Notes: a model not told the origin generated them from the sequence alone. A stretch of DNA of 53,607 nt from Nitrospiraceae bacterium UBA2166 (GCA_002328825.1 DCWI01000037.1:1-53607), one strand, 5' to 3'; shown: positions 1-10,647, counted from the first letter of the stretch. Numbers and translations are program-made.

Positions 1-37
1 TGAGTAGTGCGGGAATCGGCTGCGGAAGGTACACCGA

Positions 38-349
38 ATGGGTCTTGAACAAAAAGTGCGTATTAGGCTTAGGGCTTATGACTATCGGGTATTGGATCAG
101 GCTGTAGTCGAGATAGTCGAGACGGTGAAGCGTACTGGTGCTCGTATTGCGGGGCCTGTTCCCTTGCCGACTGAGATATCTAAATTTACTGTTTTGCGCT
201 CAACGCATACGGACAAGAAATCGCGCGAGCAATTTGAGATTCGAACTCACAAGAGACTTTTGGATATTTTCGATGTGACACCTGGTACCACGGACGCTCT
301 GATGAATCTTAATCTTGCGGCTGGTGTTGATGTGGAAATTAAGTTGTAG
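38..349 (+). CDS. rpsJ: 30S ribosomal protein S10
   Basis: The 103-aa translation ([13 protein letters not shown]...[12 protein letters not shown]) is canonical S10. It is the first gene of the S10 operon order. Confidence 0.97.
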   Translation: MGLEQKVRIRLRAYDYRVLDQAVVEIVETVKRTGARIAGPVPLPTEISKFTVLRSTHTDKKSREQFEIRTHKRLLDIFDVTPGTTDALMNLNLAAGVDVEIKL

Positions 350-376
350 TATTTGGTTGGCTCTCTGAGGCGTACT

Positions 377-1009
377 GTGACTAACGGACTTTTAGGATGC
401 AAGCTTGGTATGACGCAAGTGTTCAATGCTGATCGGGTCTTGGTGCCTGTGACGGTTCTAGAGGTGTGGCCGGGTAAGGTAGTTCAGCTGAAGTCAAGTG
501 ATCGTGATGGTTATGATGCGGTCCAGGTAGGGTTCAGGGAGATTGCGGAACGGAGATTGAGTAAAGCGGAGCTTGGGCATTTCAAGCGACATGAGAGTTC
601 TCTGTTTAGGTATCTTCGTGAATTTGAGAGAGTGGGTGAGCTTGAGTCTGGGCAGGCTTTGACTGTAGAGATGTTTTCTGTTGGTGATCAGGTTGATGTG
701 ATTGGGCAGTCAAAAGGTAAGGGCTTTCAAGGTGTAATGAAACGGCATAATTTTAGTGGAGGCCCCAAGAGCCATGGTTCGATGTTTCATCGTGCACCTG
801 GGTCAATGGGCGCAAGTTCTTATCCTTCGCGAGTGTGGAAGAATCAGCGTTTGCCTGGTCGGATGGGTAATAGGCGGGTGTCGGCTCAAGGTCTCAGTGT
901 TGTGGAAGTTCGCCCAGATGTGAATCTTGTCTTTGTTCGTGGGGCTGTGCCTGGTGCGGTAGGGGGACAGGTGATTATTAGAAAACGGAACAATGGGTCA
1001 AAACGCTGA
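377..1009 (+). CDS. rplC: 50S ribosomal protein L3
   Basis: N-terminus NGLLGCKLGMTQVF and the rest match L3. The ORF opens at TTG 353, but GTG 377 is preceded by GAGG (367-370) and gives the usual L3 N-terminus. Confidence 0.95.
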   Translation: MTNGLLGCKLGMTQVFNADRVLVPVTVLEVWPGKVVQLKSSDRDGYDAVQVGFREIAERRLSKAELGHFKRHESSLFRYLREFERVGELESGQALTVEMFSVGDQVDVIGQSKGKGFQGVMKRHNFSGGPKSHGSMFHRAPGSMGASSYPSRVWKNQRLPGRMGNRRVSAQGLSVVEVRPDVNLVFVRGAVPGAVGGQVIIRKRNNGSKR

Positions 1010-1662
1010 TGCCTATTGCTGATGTGGTCAATATGAACCTTCAGGCCGTTGGGACGGTTGAGCTTGATGCTCGGCTTTTTGGTATTACGCCTAGGGAGCA
1101 TGTTTTGCACGAGGTGGTTGTGATGCAGCGTGCGTCGATGCGGCAAGGGACGGCATCGACCAAGACGCGCGGAGAGGTGAGAGGGAGTGGGCGGAAGCTT
1201 TGGAAACAGAAAAAAACGGGCCGAGCTAGAATCGGGTCGATTCGGTCTCCGATATGGCGTCATGGGGGAATTGTGTTTGGTCCGCGTCCACGCAAGTATG
1301 GGTATGCTATTCCAAAAAAGAAGTATTACCTCGCGCTGTGTAGTGCGATTTCCGGGAGATTTTCCGATGGGAAGCTGCTGATTGTGGATAGAGTTGAACT
1401 TTCTGAGCCAAAGACGAGGCTTTTGGCTTTGGCTCTCAAGGGGCTTGGAAAATATCGCAGGGCTCTTATTGTTGCCAGTGAAGCTGATGATGTTTTAAGG
1501 CGTGCAGCTGCGAACTTGTCCGCGGTGACACTTCTTCGTGCTGAAGACTTGAATGTCTATGATATTCTTCGTCATGACTTGATTGTCATTCCTCAGCAGA
1601 GTCTTGTTCGTGTCCATGAGTTGTGGGCGCGAGGGGCTCATTCTGAGCAGGGGGAGGCGTAG
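1009..1662 (+). CDS. rplD: 50S ribosomal protein L4
   Basis: L4-like sequence (GTASTKTRGEVRGSGRKLWKQKKTGRAR). Its ATG overlaps the rplC TGA (TGATG at 1007-1011). Confidence 0.96.
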   Translation: MPIADVVNMNLQAVGTVELDARLFGITPREHVLHEVVVMQRASMRQGTASTKTRGEVRGSGRKLWKQKKTGRARIGSIRSPIWRHGGIVFGPRPRKYGYAIPKKKYYLALCSAISGRFSDGKLLIVDRVELSEPKTRLLALALKGLGKYRRALIVASEADDVLRRAAANLSAVTLLRAEDLNVYDILRHDLIVIPQQSLVRVHELWARGAHSEQGEA

Positions 1663-1663
1663 C

Positions 1664-1957
1664 ATGAGAAAACCAGCCTTTGATATTGTTGTGAGTCCGC
1701 TTGTTACGGAAAAGGTTACGGCGTTGCGGGAGAAGTATAATCAAATGACGCTGCGCGTGCGTTCAGATGCTAATAAGGTTGAAGTCAGGCGTGCTGTCGA
1801 ATCTACCTTGAATGTGAAAGTTGCGAGGGTCAATATTTTGACTGTCCATGGGAAAGTAAAGCGCATGGGGAGGTATCAAAATCAGCGGCCAAGCTGGAAG
1901 AAAGCAATTGTTATCCTAAAGCCAGGCGAGAAAGTGGAGCTGTTCGAAGGTGTATAG
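1664..1957 (+). CDS. rplW: 50S ribosomal protein L23
   Basis: In-frame ATG at 1664 lies right after the rplD stop. MRKPAFDIVVSPLVTEK... is L23-like. The upstream part of ORF 1583 overlaps rplD. Confidence 0.94.
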   Translation: MRKPAFDIVVSPLVTEKVTALREKYNQMTLRVRSDANKVEVRRAVESTLNVKVARVNILTVHGKVKRMGRYQNQRPSWKKAIVILKPGEKVELFEGV

Positions 1958-2011
1958 GAGTAGAGTGTCTCGATCGTTTAAGGTGAGAGATGGCTGCATA
2001 GTGGTTAGTTT

Positions 2012-2845
2012 ATGGGCGTAAAGTCATACAGGCCAACCTCTCCTGGTGTTCGTACGAAGACGACTCTGATCTTTGATGATCTTACGAAGAAGCGGCCGGA
2101 GCGTTCGTTGGTGTCTGGGCGTGCTCGATCCTTTGGGCGAAACTCTGGAGGAAGGATTACCAGTCGTCACAAGGGTGGTGGGCACAAACGGCTCTATCGT
2201 GTTATTGATTTTAAGCGAGATAAGCGTGATGTTCCCGCAAAAGTTATTGCTATTGAATATGACCCGAATCGATCGGCCAGGATCGCGCTTGTGTCTTACC
2301 AAGATGGTGAAAAACGATACATATTGTCTCCCCATGGTCTTCAGATTGGGGATGTTGTGATGGCTGGGGAGAAAGCGGAAATCAAAATTGGGTGCTCGTT
2401 GCCATTGGCGAATATGCCGCTTGGGGCGGAGGTTCATAATGTGGAGTTGCGTCCTGGAAAGGGTGGTCAGATGGTGAGGAGCGCTGGTGCTGTAGCGAGG
2501 CTCGTAGCGAAAGAGTCTAGTTATGTGCTGTTAAAGTTGGTGTCAGGAGAAGTGCGTCGCGTGTTTGGGCGCTGTGTTGCGACTATTGGTCGCGTGGGAA
2601 ACCTGGACCATGAGAAGGTTAGTATTGGGAAAGCTGGGCGGTCGCGCTGGTTGGGGAGACGACCTCATGTGCGTGGTGTTGCGATGAATCCTGTAGATCA
2701 TCCACATGGTGGTGGAGAAGGGAAAGCAGGTGGTGGAAATCCTCATCCGGTTTCTCCGTGGGGTCAGCTAAGTAAAGGCTATAAAACTCGGCGCAATAAG
2801 AGGACTAATCGTTTTATTGTGACTCGGCGTTCGGGGACGCGATAG
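2012..2845 (+). CDS. rplB: 50S ribosomal protein L2
   Basis: 277 aa with L2 motifs ([47 protein letters not shown]). Confidence 0.98.
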   Translation: MGVKSYRPTSPGVRTKTTLIFDDLTKKRPERSLVSGRARSFGRNSGGRITSRHKGGGHKRLYRVIDFKRDKRDVPAKVIAIEYDPNRSARIALVSYQDGEKRYILSPHGLQIGDVVMAGEKAEIKIGCSLPLANMPLGAEVHNVELRPGKGGQMVRSAGAVARLVAKESSYVLLKLVSGEVRRVFGRCVATIGRVGNLDHEKVSIGKAGRSRWLGRRPHVRGVAMNPVDHPHGGGEGKAGGGNPHPVSPWGQLSKGYKTRRNKRTNRFIVTRRSGTR

Positions 2846-2860
2846 TATTCTAAGGAGATA

Positions 2861-3151
2861 ATGCCTCGTTCTATTAAAAAAGGACCATTTGTTGATGCGA
2901 AGCTTCTGAAGAAGGTGGAGCAGGCAATGGCAGCGAATGAGAAGAAGATTATTAAGACGTGGTCGAGGCGTTCGACTATTGTTCCTGAAATGCTTGGTTT
3001 AACGTTTAGTGTTCACAATGGGAGAAAATTTATTCCGGTTTTTGTTACTGAGAATATGGTGGGACAAAAATTGGGAGAATTTTCTCCGACCAGGCTATTT
3101 AAGGGACATGGATCAGGGAAAACGGATAAATCGTCCGGCATGAGAAAGTAG
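2861..3151 (+). CDS. rpsS: 30S ribosomal protein S19
   Basis: [12 protein letters not shown]...[23 protein letters not shown] is canonical S19. GGAG lies upstream. Confidence 0.97.
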   Translation: MPRSIKKGPFVDAKLLKKVEQAMAANEKKIIKTWSRRSTIVPEMLGLTFSVHNGRKFIPVFVTENMVGQKLGEFSPTRLFKGHGSGKTDKSSGMRK

Positions 3152-3196
3152 GTTTTTTGTTTGTGATGAAAGTATTAATGCAGGGATGTTTAGGTT

Positions 3197-3586
3197 ATGG
3201 CTGAAGCCAGGGCGCTGTTGCGCTATGCCAAGTTGTCCCCACAGAAGGCGAGGCTTGTTGTCGACCTTATTCGTGGAAAAAAAGCTGGAGAAGCGTTGAC
3301 GATATTGAAGTTTTCTATGCAGCGTCCGGCGAGGATTGTGGGTAAGGTTTTGCGGTCAGCTGTAGCTAATGCAGAGCAAAAGGATCTCGGTGACGTTGAT
3401 GCTTTAAGGGTGAGTCGGGCGTTTGTTGATGGTGGCCCCGTCCAGAAGAGGTTTCAGGCTAGAGCTATGGGGCGAGGGGCGCCGATCAAGAAGAGGACAA
3501 GTCACATTACGGTTGTGGTCTCGCCTGATGATTCTGGCGTAGTTTCTAGAATTCGTTCATCATCGAAAGGCAGAAAGGGGGCCTAG
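3197..3586 (+). CDS. rplV: 50S ribosomal protein L22
   Basis: The L22-like sequence ([18 protein letters not shown]) and operon position both fit. Confidence 0.96.
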   Translation: MAEARALLRYAKLSPQKARLVVDLIRGKKAGEALTILKFSMQRPARIVGKVLRSAVANAEQKDLGDVDALRVSRAFVDGGPVQKRFQARAMGRGAPIKKRTSHITVVVSPDDSGVVSRIRSSSKGRKGA

Positions 3587-4252
3587 GTGGGGCACAAGAC
3601 GCATCCGATTGGATATCGCCTCGGGTATACCAAGACGTGGAATTCTCGGTGGTATGCGAAAAAAGACTATAGTGATTTTCTCCATCAAGACATTGAGGTT
3701 CGTGATGTGCTCAAGTCCCGTCTCTCTCATGCTGGATTAGCAAAGGTGGAGATTGAGCGGTCGGGGGATCAGATTAGAGTGATTATTCATAGTGCTCGTC
3801 CTGGTATTATCATTGGAAGAAAAGGGGCTGAAGTCGATAAGTTAAAGGCGGAACTAGAGCAACGTGTAGGGCAGCAAATTTACATTTCTATCAAAGAGAT
3901 CAAGAAACCGGAGGTGGAAGCTCAGCTCGTTAGTGAAAATATTGCAGCGCAGCTTGAGAAGAGGGTCGCATTTCGGCGGGCTATCAAGAGAAGTATTGCG
4001 TCTGCAATGCGGCTCGGTGCGCAGGGCATCAAGGTTCAGTGTTCAGGACGCCTTGGAGGGCACGAAATTGCACGGACTGAGTGGCATCGAGAGGGACGTG
4101 TTCCTCTTCATACGCTTCGTGCTGATATTGATTATGGTTTTGCTGAGGCGAGCACTACTACTGGAAGAATTGGGGTGAAGACTTGGATCTACAAAGGTGA
4201 AATGCTTACTGTTCCTCAACTTGAAACTGAGACGCAGTTTCGTATTGGGTAG
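3587..4252 (+). CDS. rpsC: 30S ribosomal protein S3
   Basis: [12 protein letters not shown]...KH domain...[28 protein letters not shown] is canonical S3. The GTG start abuts the rplV stop. Confidence 0.97.
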   Translation: MGHKTHPIGYRLGYTKTWNSRWYAKKDYSDFLHQDIEVRDVLKSRLSHAGLAKVEIERSGDQIRVIIHSARPGIIIGRKGAEVDKLKAELEQRVGQQIYISIKEIKKPEVEAQLVSENIAAQLEKRVAFRRAIKRSIASAMRLGAQGIKVQCSGRLGGHEIARTEWHREGRVPLHTLRADIDYGFAEASTTTGRIGVKTWIYKGEMLTVPQLETETQFRIG

Positions 4253-4257
4253 GTCTG

Positions 4258-4674
4258 ATGCTTGCGCCAAAACGAGTCAAACATCGGAAAGTCCAAAAAG
4301 GTCGGATGCGAGGTAAAGCGTATCGCGGGGGAAGTCTGGCGTTTGGGGACTTTGGTTTGAAGGTGTTGGAACCAGGGAGAATCACGGCACGACAGCTTGA
4401 GGCAGCTCGTATTGCTATGACGCGCTCTGTGCGGCGCGGGGGGCAGGTGTGGATTCGGATGTTTCCTGATAAGCCTCTTACCAAAAAGCCTGCTGAAACG
4501 AGAATGGGAAAAGGGAAAGGGAGCCCGGAGTTATGGGTTGCGGTGGTGAAGCCAGGGCGAATCATCTATGAAATGGGTGGGGTCACAGAGTCAGTTGCTA
4601 AGGAGGCCTTTCGGCTAGCTTCACATAAGTTGCCAGTGGCAACTTGTGTTGTTATGCGGCAAGGGTTGTTGTAA
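4258..4674 (+). CDS. rplP: 50S ribosomal protein L16
   Basis: [19 protein letters not shown]...[11 protein letters not shown] is canonical L16. Confidence 0.97.
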   Translation: MLAPKRVKHRKVQKGRMRGKAYRGGSLAFGDFGLKVLEPGRITARQLEAARIAMTRSVRRGGQVWIRMFPDKPLTKKPAETRMGKGKGSPELWVAVVKPGRIIYEMGGVTESVAKEAFRLASHKLPVATCVVMRQGLL

Positions 4675-4678
4675 TTCA

Positions 4679-4894
4679 ATGGATGCCAAAACATTGCAGA
4701 ATCTTGAACCATTGGAACTTGAAGACAGGGAAAAGGAATTGAAGAAGGAGCTATTTAACTTGCGCTTTCAGCATGTGACGGGACGCTTGGAAAATCCTGC
4801 ACGGTTTCGCTCTGCGCGACGAGAGCTCGCACGTGTGCGAACTATTTACCTTGAGAAGATTTCGTCGCGGGATGTCTCAAAGGGGACAGGTTGA
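4679..4894 (+). CDS. rpmC: 50S ribosomal protein L29
   Basis: In-frame ATG at 4679 lies after the rplP stop. The sequence (ELKKELFNLRFQHVTGRLENPARFRSARRELARV) is L29-like. Confidence 0.93.
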   Translation: MDAKTLQNLEPLELEDREKELKKELFNLRFQHVTGRLENPARFRSARRELARVRTIYLEKISSRDVSKGTG

Positions 4895-4899
4895 GACTG

Positions 4900-5190
4900 A
4901 TGGCAGTGAGTTCGTCTGAAGTGTCTAACAAGTATAAGTCAGCGCTGGTTGGTGCTGTGGTAGGTACCAGTATGGATAAGACAGTAACCGTCGCTGTTCG
5001 TCGGCGCGTTCGGCATGCGCGATATGGAAAGGTTGTCAGTCGGATCACTAAGCTTAAGGCACATGATGAGAAAAATGCTTGTAAGGTTGGTGATCAGGTA
5101 TCGGTGGTTGGCACGCGTCCGTTGAGTAAGACCAAGCATTGGCTGGTGGTAAGAATTATTCGTTCAATCGAGGAAGGCTCTGGAGTCTAG
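4900..5190 (+). CDS. rpsQ: 30S ribosomal protein S17
   Basis: S17-like core (VGAVVGTSMDKTVTVAV...KLKAHDEKNACKVGDQV). Start is ATG 4900 or TTG 4891, which overlaps the rpmC stop. Confidence 0.93.
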   Translation: MAVSSSEVSNKYKSALVGAVVGTSMDKTVTVAVRRRVRHARYGKVVSRITKLKAHDEKNACKVGDQVSVVGTRPLSKTKHWLVVRIIRSIEEGSGV

Positions 5191-5208
5191 AGGCGTGGGT
5201 AGGAGAGC

Positions 5209-5577
5209 ATGATTCAGAAATTTACCATGCTGGATGTAGCGGATAATTCTGGTGCAAAGAAGGCAATGTGTTTTCATGTATTTGGAGGTTCGAGGCGTCG
5301 CTATGGTAGCGTGGGCGACATCGTAATGGTTGCAGTCAAAGAAGCGACGCCGAAAGCTACCGTCAAAAAAGGGGATATTAGTAAGGCTGTGATTGTGAGA
5401 ACGAGAAAAGGTTTTCATCGGCCTGATGGATCTTCCATTAAGTTTGATCGTAATGCTGTGGTGTTGGTGAATGCGCAGGGTGAACCTGTAGGGACAAGAA
5501 TTTTTGGTCCGGTTGCACGTGAGTTGCGTAAGAAGAAGTTTGTAAAAATCATTTCGTTGGCACCTGAAGTTCTGTAA
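5209..5577 (+). CDS. rplN: 50S ribosomal protein L14
   Basis: [18 protein letters not shown]...[11 protein letters not shown] is canonical L14. Confidence 0.98.
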   Translation: MIQKFTMLDVADNSGAKKAMCFHVFGGSRRRYGSVGDIVMVAVKEATPKATVKKGDISKAVIVRTRKGFHRPDGSSIKFDRNAVVLVNAQGEPVGTRIFGPVARELRKKKFVKIISLAPEVL

Positions 5578-5595
5578 TGTTTTGAGGGTTGCTAT

Positions 5596-5943
5596 TTGGT
5601 GTCAGGGATGCAAACAAAACTTAAGATTCAAAAGGGCGACATGGTAGTGGTGATTGCAGGAAAAGAGAAGGGTAAGTCAGGGAAAGTGCTTTCCGTTATT
5701 GAAAAAACGCCAGCCGTCGTTGTTGAAAAACTAAATATCATGAAGAAACATACAAAGCCCAGTCAGCAAAATAGGCAGGGTGGAATTCTGGAGCGGGAAG
5801 GGCCGATCCATTTTTCCAACGTGATGTTGTTGTGTCCGAATCCTACCTGCCAGAAGCCTGTTAGGGTTGGGATGAAGCAAGACGAGGATGGACAGCGTGT
5901 TCGAGAGTGTCTTGCATGTGGAGTAATCATTGAAAAAGCCTAG
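5596..5943 (+). CDS. rplX: 50S ribosomal protein L24 (Cys4 variant)
   Basis: [22 protein letters not shown] is the L24 KOW motif. TTG 5596 follows GAGGG (5584-5588); ATG 5608 is an alternative start. The C-terminal part carries CPNPTC...CLAC. Confidence 0.93.
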   Translation: MVSGMQTKLKIQKGDMVVVIAGKEKGKSGKVLSVIEKTPAVVVEKLNIMKKHTKPSQQNRQGGILEREGPIHFSNVMLLCPNPTCQKPVRVGMKQDEDGQRVRECLACGVIIEKA

Positions 5944-6496
5944 TGTCGTGTCTCTTCCTCGGCTTCGGGTGGCCTATCAGAAAACCGTCTTGCCGGCCAT
6001 GATGAAAGAATTTTCTTATGGAAACCCTATGCAGGTGCCTCGTCTTGATCGGATTGTGCTGAATGTTGGGATGGGGGAGGCGAGTCAAAACATTAAGCTT
6101 CTTGAAAGTGCAGTGACTGAACTTGGACTTATTACGGGTCAAAAAGCGGTTATGACTCGTGCTAAAAGCTCTATCTCTGAATTTAAATTGCGGCGCGGGC
6201 AACCTGTGGGATGTAAGGTGACACTTCGTGGAGCAAGGATGTTTGAGTTCCTTGATCGCCTAATTAGTATTGCGTTACCTCGTATTACTGACTTTAGAGG
6301 TATTTCTCCGCGAGCCTTTGATGGGCGTGGAAATTTTACCTTGGGGATCAAAGAACAATTAATTTTTCCGGAAATATCATACGACTCTGTGGCGTCGATT
6401 CATGGTATGGATATTGTCATTGTGACGACGGCAAAAGATAATGATCAAGCGCGCACTCTTCTGCGTTTGCTTGGAATGCCGTTCCGGACAGCATGA
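5930..6496 (+). CDS. rplE: 50S ribosomal protein L5
   Basis: L5-like sequence ([41 protein letters not shown]). TTG 5930 is preceded by GGAG (5920-5923); GTG 5948 is an alternative start. Confidence 0.95.
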   Translation: MKKPSVVSLPRLRVAYQKTVLPAMMKEFSYGNPMQVPRLDRIVLNVGMGEASQNIKLLESAVTELGLITGQKAVMTRAKSSISEFKLRRGQPVGCKVTLRGARMFEFLDRLISIALPRITDFRGISPRAFDGRGNFTLGIKEQLIFPEISYDSVASIHGMDIVIVTTAKDNDQARTLLRLLGMPFRTA

Positions 6497-6527
6497 TAGA
6501 ATGTGTCGATAAGGCAGGATAGTAGTT

Positions 6528-6713
6528 ATGGCCAAAAAATCTTTATGTCTTAAAGCTCAGCGTGAGCCAGCATTTTCGGTCAGAAAGTACAATCGTTGTC
6601 GGTTGTGCGGACGGCCACGTGGGTTTCTGCGGCGTTTTCAAATGTGCCGAATATGTTTTCGTACGTTAAGTCTCCGTGGCCATATTCCTGGCGTGATTAA
6701 GTCAAGCTGGTAG
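6528..6713 (+). CDS. rpsN: 30S ribosomal protein S14 type Z (zinc-binding, 61 aa)
   Basis: Short 61-aa S14 with CRLCGR...CRIC zinc motif, at the typical spc-operon position. Confidence 0.96.
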   Translation: MAKKSLCLKAQREPAFSVRKYNRCRLCGRPRGFLRRFQMCRICFRTLSLRGHIPGVIKSSW

Positions 6714-6734
6714 CATGTTGGGGAGAATGTTTTT

Positions 6735-7133
6735 ATGAGCATGACTGATCCTGTCGCTGATATGCTAACTCGTATTCGGAATGCGGTTGGCCGTGGCTAT
6801 TTGGTGGTAGACGTTCCTGCCTCGGTTCTCAAGCGCTCAATTGCAGGAATTCTTCAAGATGAAGGATTTATTGACGGTTTTGGGTTAGTAAGTGATGCTG
6901 CTCATCCAACGCTTCGGCTTCGTTTGCGGTATCTAAGAAATGGAGAGCCTATAATTAAAGGGCTTAAAAGGATTAGTAAGCCTGGCAAGCGTGTCTACAT
7001 TGGACATCGAGACGTCCCAGCAGTGATGGGAGGGGTTGGGATTGCTATTATTTCAACACCTAAAGGCGTAATGACTGGTCAGCGGTCTCGGCGAGAGCGT
7101 GTGGGCGGTGAGATTATGTGTACGATATGGTAG
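6735..7133 (+). CDS. rpsH: 30S ribosomal protein S8
   Basis: MSMTDPVADMLTRIRNA... is canonical S8. Confidence 0.97.
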   Translation: MSMTDPVADMLTRIRNAVGRGYLVVDVPASVLKRSIAGILQDEGFIDGFGLVSDAAHPTLRLRLRYLRNGEPIIKGLKRISKPGKRVYIGHRDVPAVMGGVGIAIISTPKGVMTGQRSRRERVGGEIMCTIW

Positions 7134-7176
7134 GTGACACTCAACATTGGTGGCGTCTATATTTGGAAGACTAGTT

Positions 7177-7722
7177 ATGTCACGAATCGGAAAGGTTCCC
7201 ATAACCATACCAGATGATGTCCAGTTGAAAGTGGATGGTGATGTTGTTTCTGTGAAGGGACCCAAAGGTGCTCTTTCGCTCAATCTCCCGAGTCATGTTG
7301 TAGTAAAGATTGAAGATGGGAAGGCGGTAGTTCACCCTGTGTCTGGTGGGCGACAAGCTAGAGCTCTGCACGGGACAATGAGGGTTCAGGTCAACAATAT
7401 GGTTGTTGGTGTAACGAAAGGGTATGAGAAGGTTCTTGAAATTCATGGTGTAGGATTTCGCGTGCAGCAACAAGGAAGTACTCTTTCGTTTAGTCTTGGA
7501 TATAGCCATCAGGTGACGTTCAATCTCCCCAAGGAGATCGAAGCGATTGTTGAGAAGCCAACGGCAGTGACGTTGCGTGGGGCGAGTAAATATCTTGTTG
7601 GCCAGACGGCTGCTAATATTCGTGCGTTGCGTCCTCCTGACTCCTACAAGGGAAAAGGAATTAGGTATGCTAATGAAGTCGTCAAGCTGAAAGCAGGCAA
7701 GTCAGGGAAAGCAACGAGCTAG
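7177..7722 (+). CDS. rplF: 50S ribosomal protein L6
   Basis: In-frame ATG 7177 gives MSRIGKVPITIP..., the usual L6 N-terminus. The ORF is open from 7147. Confidence 0.95.
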   Translation: MSRIGKVPITIPDDVQLKVDGDVVSVKGPKGALSLNLPSHVVVKIEDGKAVVHPVSGGRQARALHGTMRVQVNNMVVGVTKGYEKVLEIHGVGFRVQQQGSTLSFSLGYSHQVTFNLPKEIEAIVEKPTAVTLRGASKYLVGQTAANIRALRPPDSYKGKGIRYANEVVKLKAGKSGKATS

Positions 7723-7742
7723 AGACTTGAATAGGTGAACTT

Positions 7743-8114
7743 GTGGGGTTACTGAAAAAAGTTGAGCAGCGTCGGCGACGGCATCGGCGTGTGCGGCGGA
7801 AAGTAGTTGGTACTGCAGGGAGGTTGCGTCTTAGTGTTTTTCGGAGCAATAGACATATCTATGCTCAGTTGATTGATGATGCGACAGGGCGGACTATTGT
7901 TGCTGCTTCGAGCCGTGATGTTTCTCCGAAAGCTTTGGAGTCAAGTGATGCTACGACCAAGGTCGCTGTTGCCAAAAGCACTGGGTTGCTATTGGCTGAG
8001 AAGGCAGCAGCCATGAATATTCGTTCTGCAGTGTTCGATCGTGGAGGTTACCTGTTTCACGGACGGGTGAAAGGACTTGCTGAAGGAAGTAGAGAAGGCG
8101 GATTGTCATTTTGA
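7743..8114 (+). CDS. rplR: 50S ribosomal protein L18
   Basis: L18-like sequence (RLSVFRSNRHIYAQLIDD...FDRGGYLFHGRVKGLAEGSREGGLSF). GTG start follows AGGTGA. Confidence 0.96.
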   Translation: MGLLKKVEQRRRRHRRVRRKVVGTAGRLRLSVFRSNRHIYAQLIDDATGRTIVAASSRDVSPKALESSDATTKVAVAKSTGLLLAEKAAAMNIRSAVFDRGGYLFHGRVKGLAEGSREGGLSF

Positions 8115-8129
8115 CGTGATGAGGTTTTT

Positions 8130-8672
8130 GTGAAGACTACTCCAGACGATAACAATCTAAAAGATACTGTTGTTTTCATTAATCGCGTTTCAAAAGTGGT
8201 CAAAGGCGGGAAGCGCTTCCAGTTCACTGCTCTTGTTGTTGTGGGTGATGGGCAAGGATGGGTTGGTATGGGAAAAGGTAAAGGGAAAGAAGTTACTGGG
8301 GCCATTGCAAAAGGTGTTCAGCAAGCGAAAAAAAATCTTTGTAATGTTTTTATTAAAGATGGGACCATTCCCTATATGGTAGATGGATGTTTTGGTGCGG
8401 AGCATGTAGTTCTTCGGCCGGCTCCTCCAGGCACGGGTATCATCGCAGGAGGTGCTGTTCGATCGGTGATGGAGCTAGCAGGGATTCATAACGTGACCAC
8501 CAAGATCATTGGGCGTGGAAATCCTTTTAACGCGCTGCGGGCAACATTGAATGGACTTAGGTCGCTTCGAAATCCTTTACAGGTTCTTCAAGAGCGCAAA
8601 GGTGGAGCTTCGGTGGTAGCTGAAGACTCTGGATACGCTGGGGTGGAGGTTGGTCATGGCAAAGAAAGCTGA
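8130..8672 (+). CDS. rpsE: 30S ribosomal protein S5
   Basis: [39 protein letters not shown] is canonical S5. GTG start follows GAGG. A C-terminal tail overlaps the rpmD start. Confidence 0.96.
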   Translation: MKTTPDDNNLKDTVVFINRVSKVVKGGKRFQFTALVVVGDGQGWVGMGKGKGKEVTGAIAKGVQQAKKNLCNVFIKDGTIPYMVDGCFGAEHVVLRPAPPGTGIIAGGAVRSVMELAGIHNVTTKIIGRGNPFNALRATLNGLRSLRNPLQVLQERKGGASVVAEDSGYAGVEVGHGKES

Positions 8673-8856
8673 CTCCCCAACTCTTTTAGCGATCACACTA
8701 AAGCGAAGTGGAATTGGTTGTCTTCCTGTGCAGCGTCTTGTGTTGCGGGGGTTGGGCTTTCGTCGTTTGCAGCAAACTGTGGTGTGTCCGGATACGCCAC
8801 AGGTGAGGGGGTTGATTCGTAAAGTGAATCACCTTGTTGAGGTGCAGGACGTATGA
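8656..8856 (+). CDS. rpmD: 50S ribosomal protein L30
   Basis: L30-like sequence (ITLKRSGIG...LGFRRLQQTVV...GLIRKVNHLVEV). ATG 8656 is preceded by GGAGG (8644-8648). The ORF is open from TTG 8650. Confidence 0.93.
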   Translation: MAKKADSPTLLAITLKRSGIGCLPVQRLVLRGLGFRRLQQTVVCPDTPQVRGLIRKVNHLVEVQDV

Positions 8857-9341
8857 TGGAACAGGAACTCGCAGAACGACAGCCTCGGATAGAATTGCAT
8901 CTTCTCAGGCCTGCGCAGGGATCGAAGAAACGATCCAAGCGTATTGGGCGTGGAGTAGGGTCTGGGCGAGGAAAAACATCGGGAAAGGGGCATAAGGGGC
9001 AAAAGGCTCGTGCTGGAGGAGGAAAAGGACCTGGTTTTGAAGGGGGGCAGATGCCTTTGGTTCGGCGAATTCCAAAGCGCGGGTTTACTAATATTTTCAA
9101 GAAAGAGTACGCGATTGTAAACCTTGATTCGCTTGCGCGAGTTCAAGATCATGAAACAATTACTCCGAGTGTTCTTGCCGAAGCAAACTTGATTCGCAAA
9201 TCTTCTAACCTTGTGAAGATTTTGGGTGAAGGAACGGTAAGTAAGGCAATGGTTGTGAAAGCACACCGCTTCAGCCGAGTCGCAGTAGAGAAGATTGAAG
9301 CCTCTGGCGGATCAATCGAGGTGCTTGAGAAGCGTGTTTGA
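8853..9341 (+). CDS. rplO: 50S ribosomal protein L15
   Basis: L15 glycine-rich region (RIGRGVGSGRGKTSGKGHKGQKARAGGG...FEGGQMPL). The ATG overlaps the rpmD stop. Confidence 0.96.
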   Translation: MMEQELAERQPRIELHLLRPAQGSKKRSKRIGRGVGSGRGKTSGKGHKGQKARAGGGKGPGFEGGQMPLVRRIPKRGFTNIFKKEYAIVNLDSLARVQDHETITPSVLAEANLIRKSSNLVKILGEGTVSKAMVVKAHRFSRVAVEKIEASGGSIEVLEKRV

Positions 9342-10647
9342 GCGGATTGTCATAAGCATAAGGAATATTTTCAAGATTCCGGAGCTTCGTCAGCGGCTTT
9401 TGTTCACTGTTGCGATGCTTGCAGTGTTTCGAGTGGGTGCCCATATTCCTACGCCAGGGATCAATAATGCCGAGTTGAGTCGGTTTTTGCACGAACAGGG
9501 TGGGGCATTGCTTGGATTTTTGGACATTTTTTCTGGCGGAGCCTTGTCTCGCCTGACGATCTTTGCGCTGGGAATCATGCCGTATATTAGCGCGTCTATC
9601 ATCATTCAACTTTTAACAGTCGTGATTCCGCACTTGTCCAAACTGTCAAAGGAAGGGGAGCGAGGTCGGAAGAAGATTATTCAATATACTCGTTTTGGGA
9701 CAGTAGGAATTGCTCTCGTCCAGTCTTTTGGAATATCTGTTGGCTTGGAGGGAATGAATGAAGGTGTCTTTGTTCAAACGCCGGGCTGGGCGTTTCGGTT
9801 AACGGCGATGATCACGTTGACTGCTGGAACCACCTTTCTTATGTGGCTTGGTGAGCAGATTACTGAACGCGGTGTTGGTAATGGTATTTCTTTGATTATT
9901 TTCGCTGGAATCATTGCAGGAATGCCTAGCGCTATTTTCAACACCTATGAACTCTATTCTAGCGGACAACTTAGTCCTGTGTTGCTTGTGGTGCTGGCTG
10001 TTGTCATGCTTATAGTGGTTGCTGGAATCGTGTTTTTGGAAAGTAGTCGTCGAAAGATACTGGTTCAGTACGCAAAAAGGATGGTTGGAAAGCGAGTATA
10101 TGGTGGGCAAAGTACCCATATTCCGCTCAAGATTAACACCGCGGGGGTGATTCCACCAATTTTCGCGTCATCAATCATTGCATTTCCTGCAACGATTGCT
10201 GGTTTTGTGCAGGTGCCTTGGATTCAAGCTGCTGGACAACAGTTGGCCCCAGGCTCGCTATTCTACACGTTAGTCTACGTCAGCATGATTATATTCTTTT
10301 GTTTTTTTTACACCGCAGTGGTTCTTAATCCCGTCGATATGTCTGACAATATGAGAAAGTATGGAGGCTTTATCCCTGGTATTCGTCCGGGACAGCGAAC
10401 CTCGGATTACATCTACAAAGTTCTGACGAGAATTACCTTTTTTGGTTCGATCTATTTGGCAATTGTGTGTGTTATCCCTGAGGTATTGATTTATCGGATT
10501 GGTTTGCCTTTCTATTTTGGAGGTACGTCTCTCTTGATTGTCGTTGGAGTTGGATTGGATACTGCACAGCAGATCGAGTCACACATGCTCATGCGCAATT
10601 ACGAAGGGTTTTTAGCAAAAGGACGCTTGCGTGGGCGAAGTGGCTAA
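9334..10647 (+). CDS. secY: Preprotein translocase subunit SecY
   Basis: Multi-TM protein with FKIPELRQRLLFT...GIMPYISASII, typical of SecY. GTG 9334 overlaps the rplO end. The ORF is open from 9295. Confidence 0.96.
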   Translation: MFERIVISIRNIFKIPELRQRLLFTVAMLAVFRVGAHIPTPGINNAELSRFLHEQGGALLGFLDIFSGGALSRLTIFALGIMPYISASIIIQLLTVVIPHLSKLSKEGERGRKKIIQYTRFGTVGIALVQSFGISVGLEGMNEGVFVQTPGWAFRLTAMITLTAGTTFLMWLGEQITERGVGNGISLIIFAGIIAGMPSAIFNTYELYSSGQLSPVLLVVLAVVMLIVVAGIVFLESSRRKILVQYAKRMVGKRVYGGQSTHIPLKINTAGVIPPIFASSIIAFPATIAGFVQVPWIQAAGQQLAPGSLFYTLVYVSMIIFFCFFYTAVVLNPVDMSDNMRKYGGFIPGIRPGQRTSDYIYKVLTRITFFGSIYLAIVCVIPEVLIYRIGLPFYFGGTSLLIVVGVGLDTAQQIESHMLMRNYEGFLAKGRLRGRSG

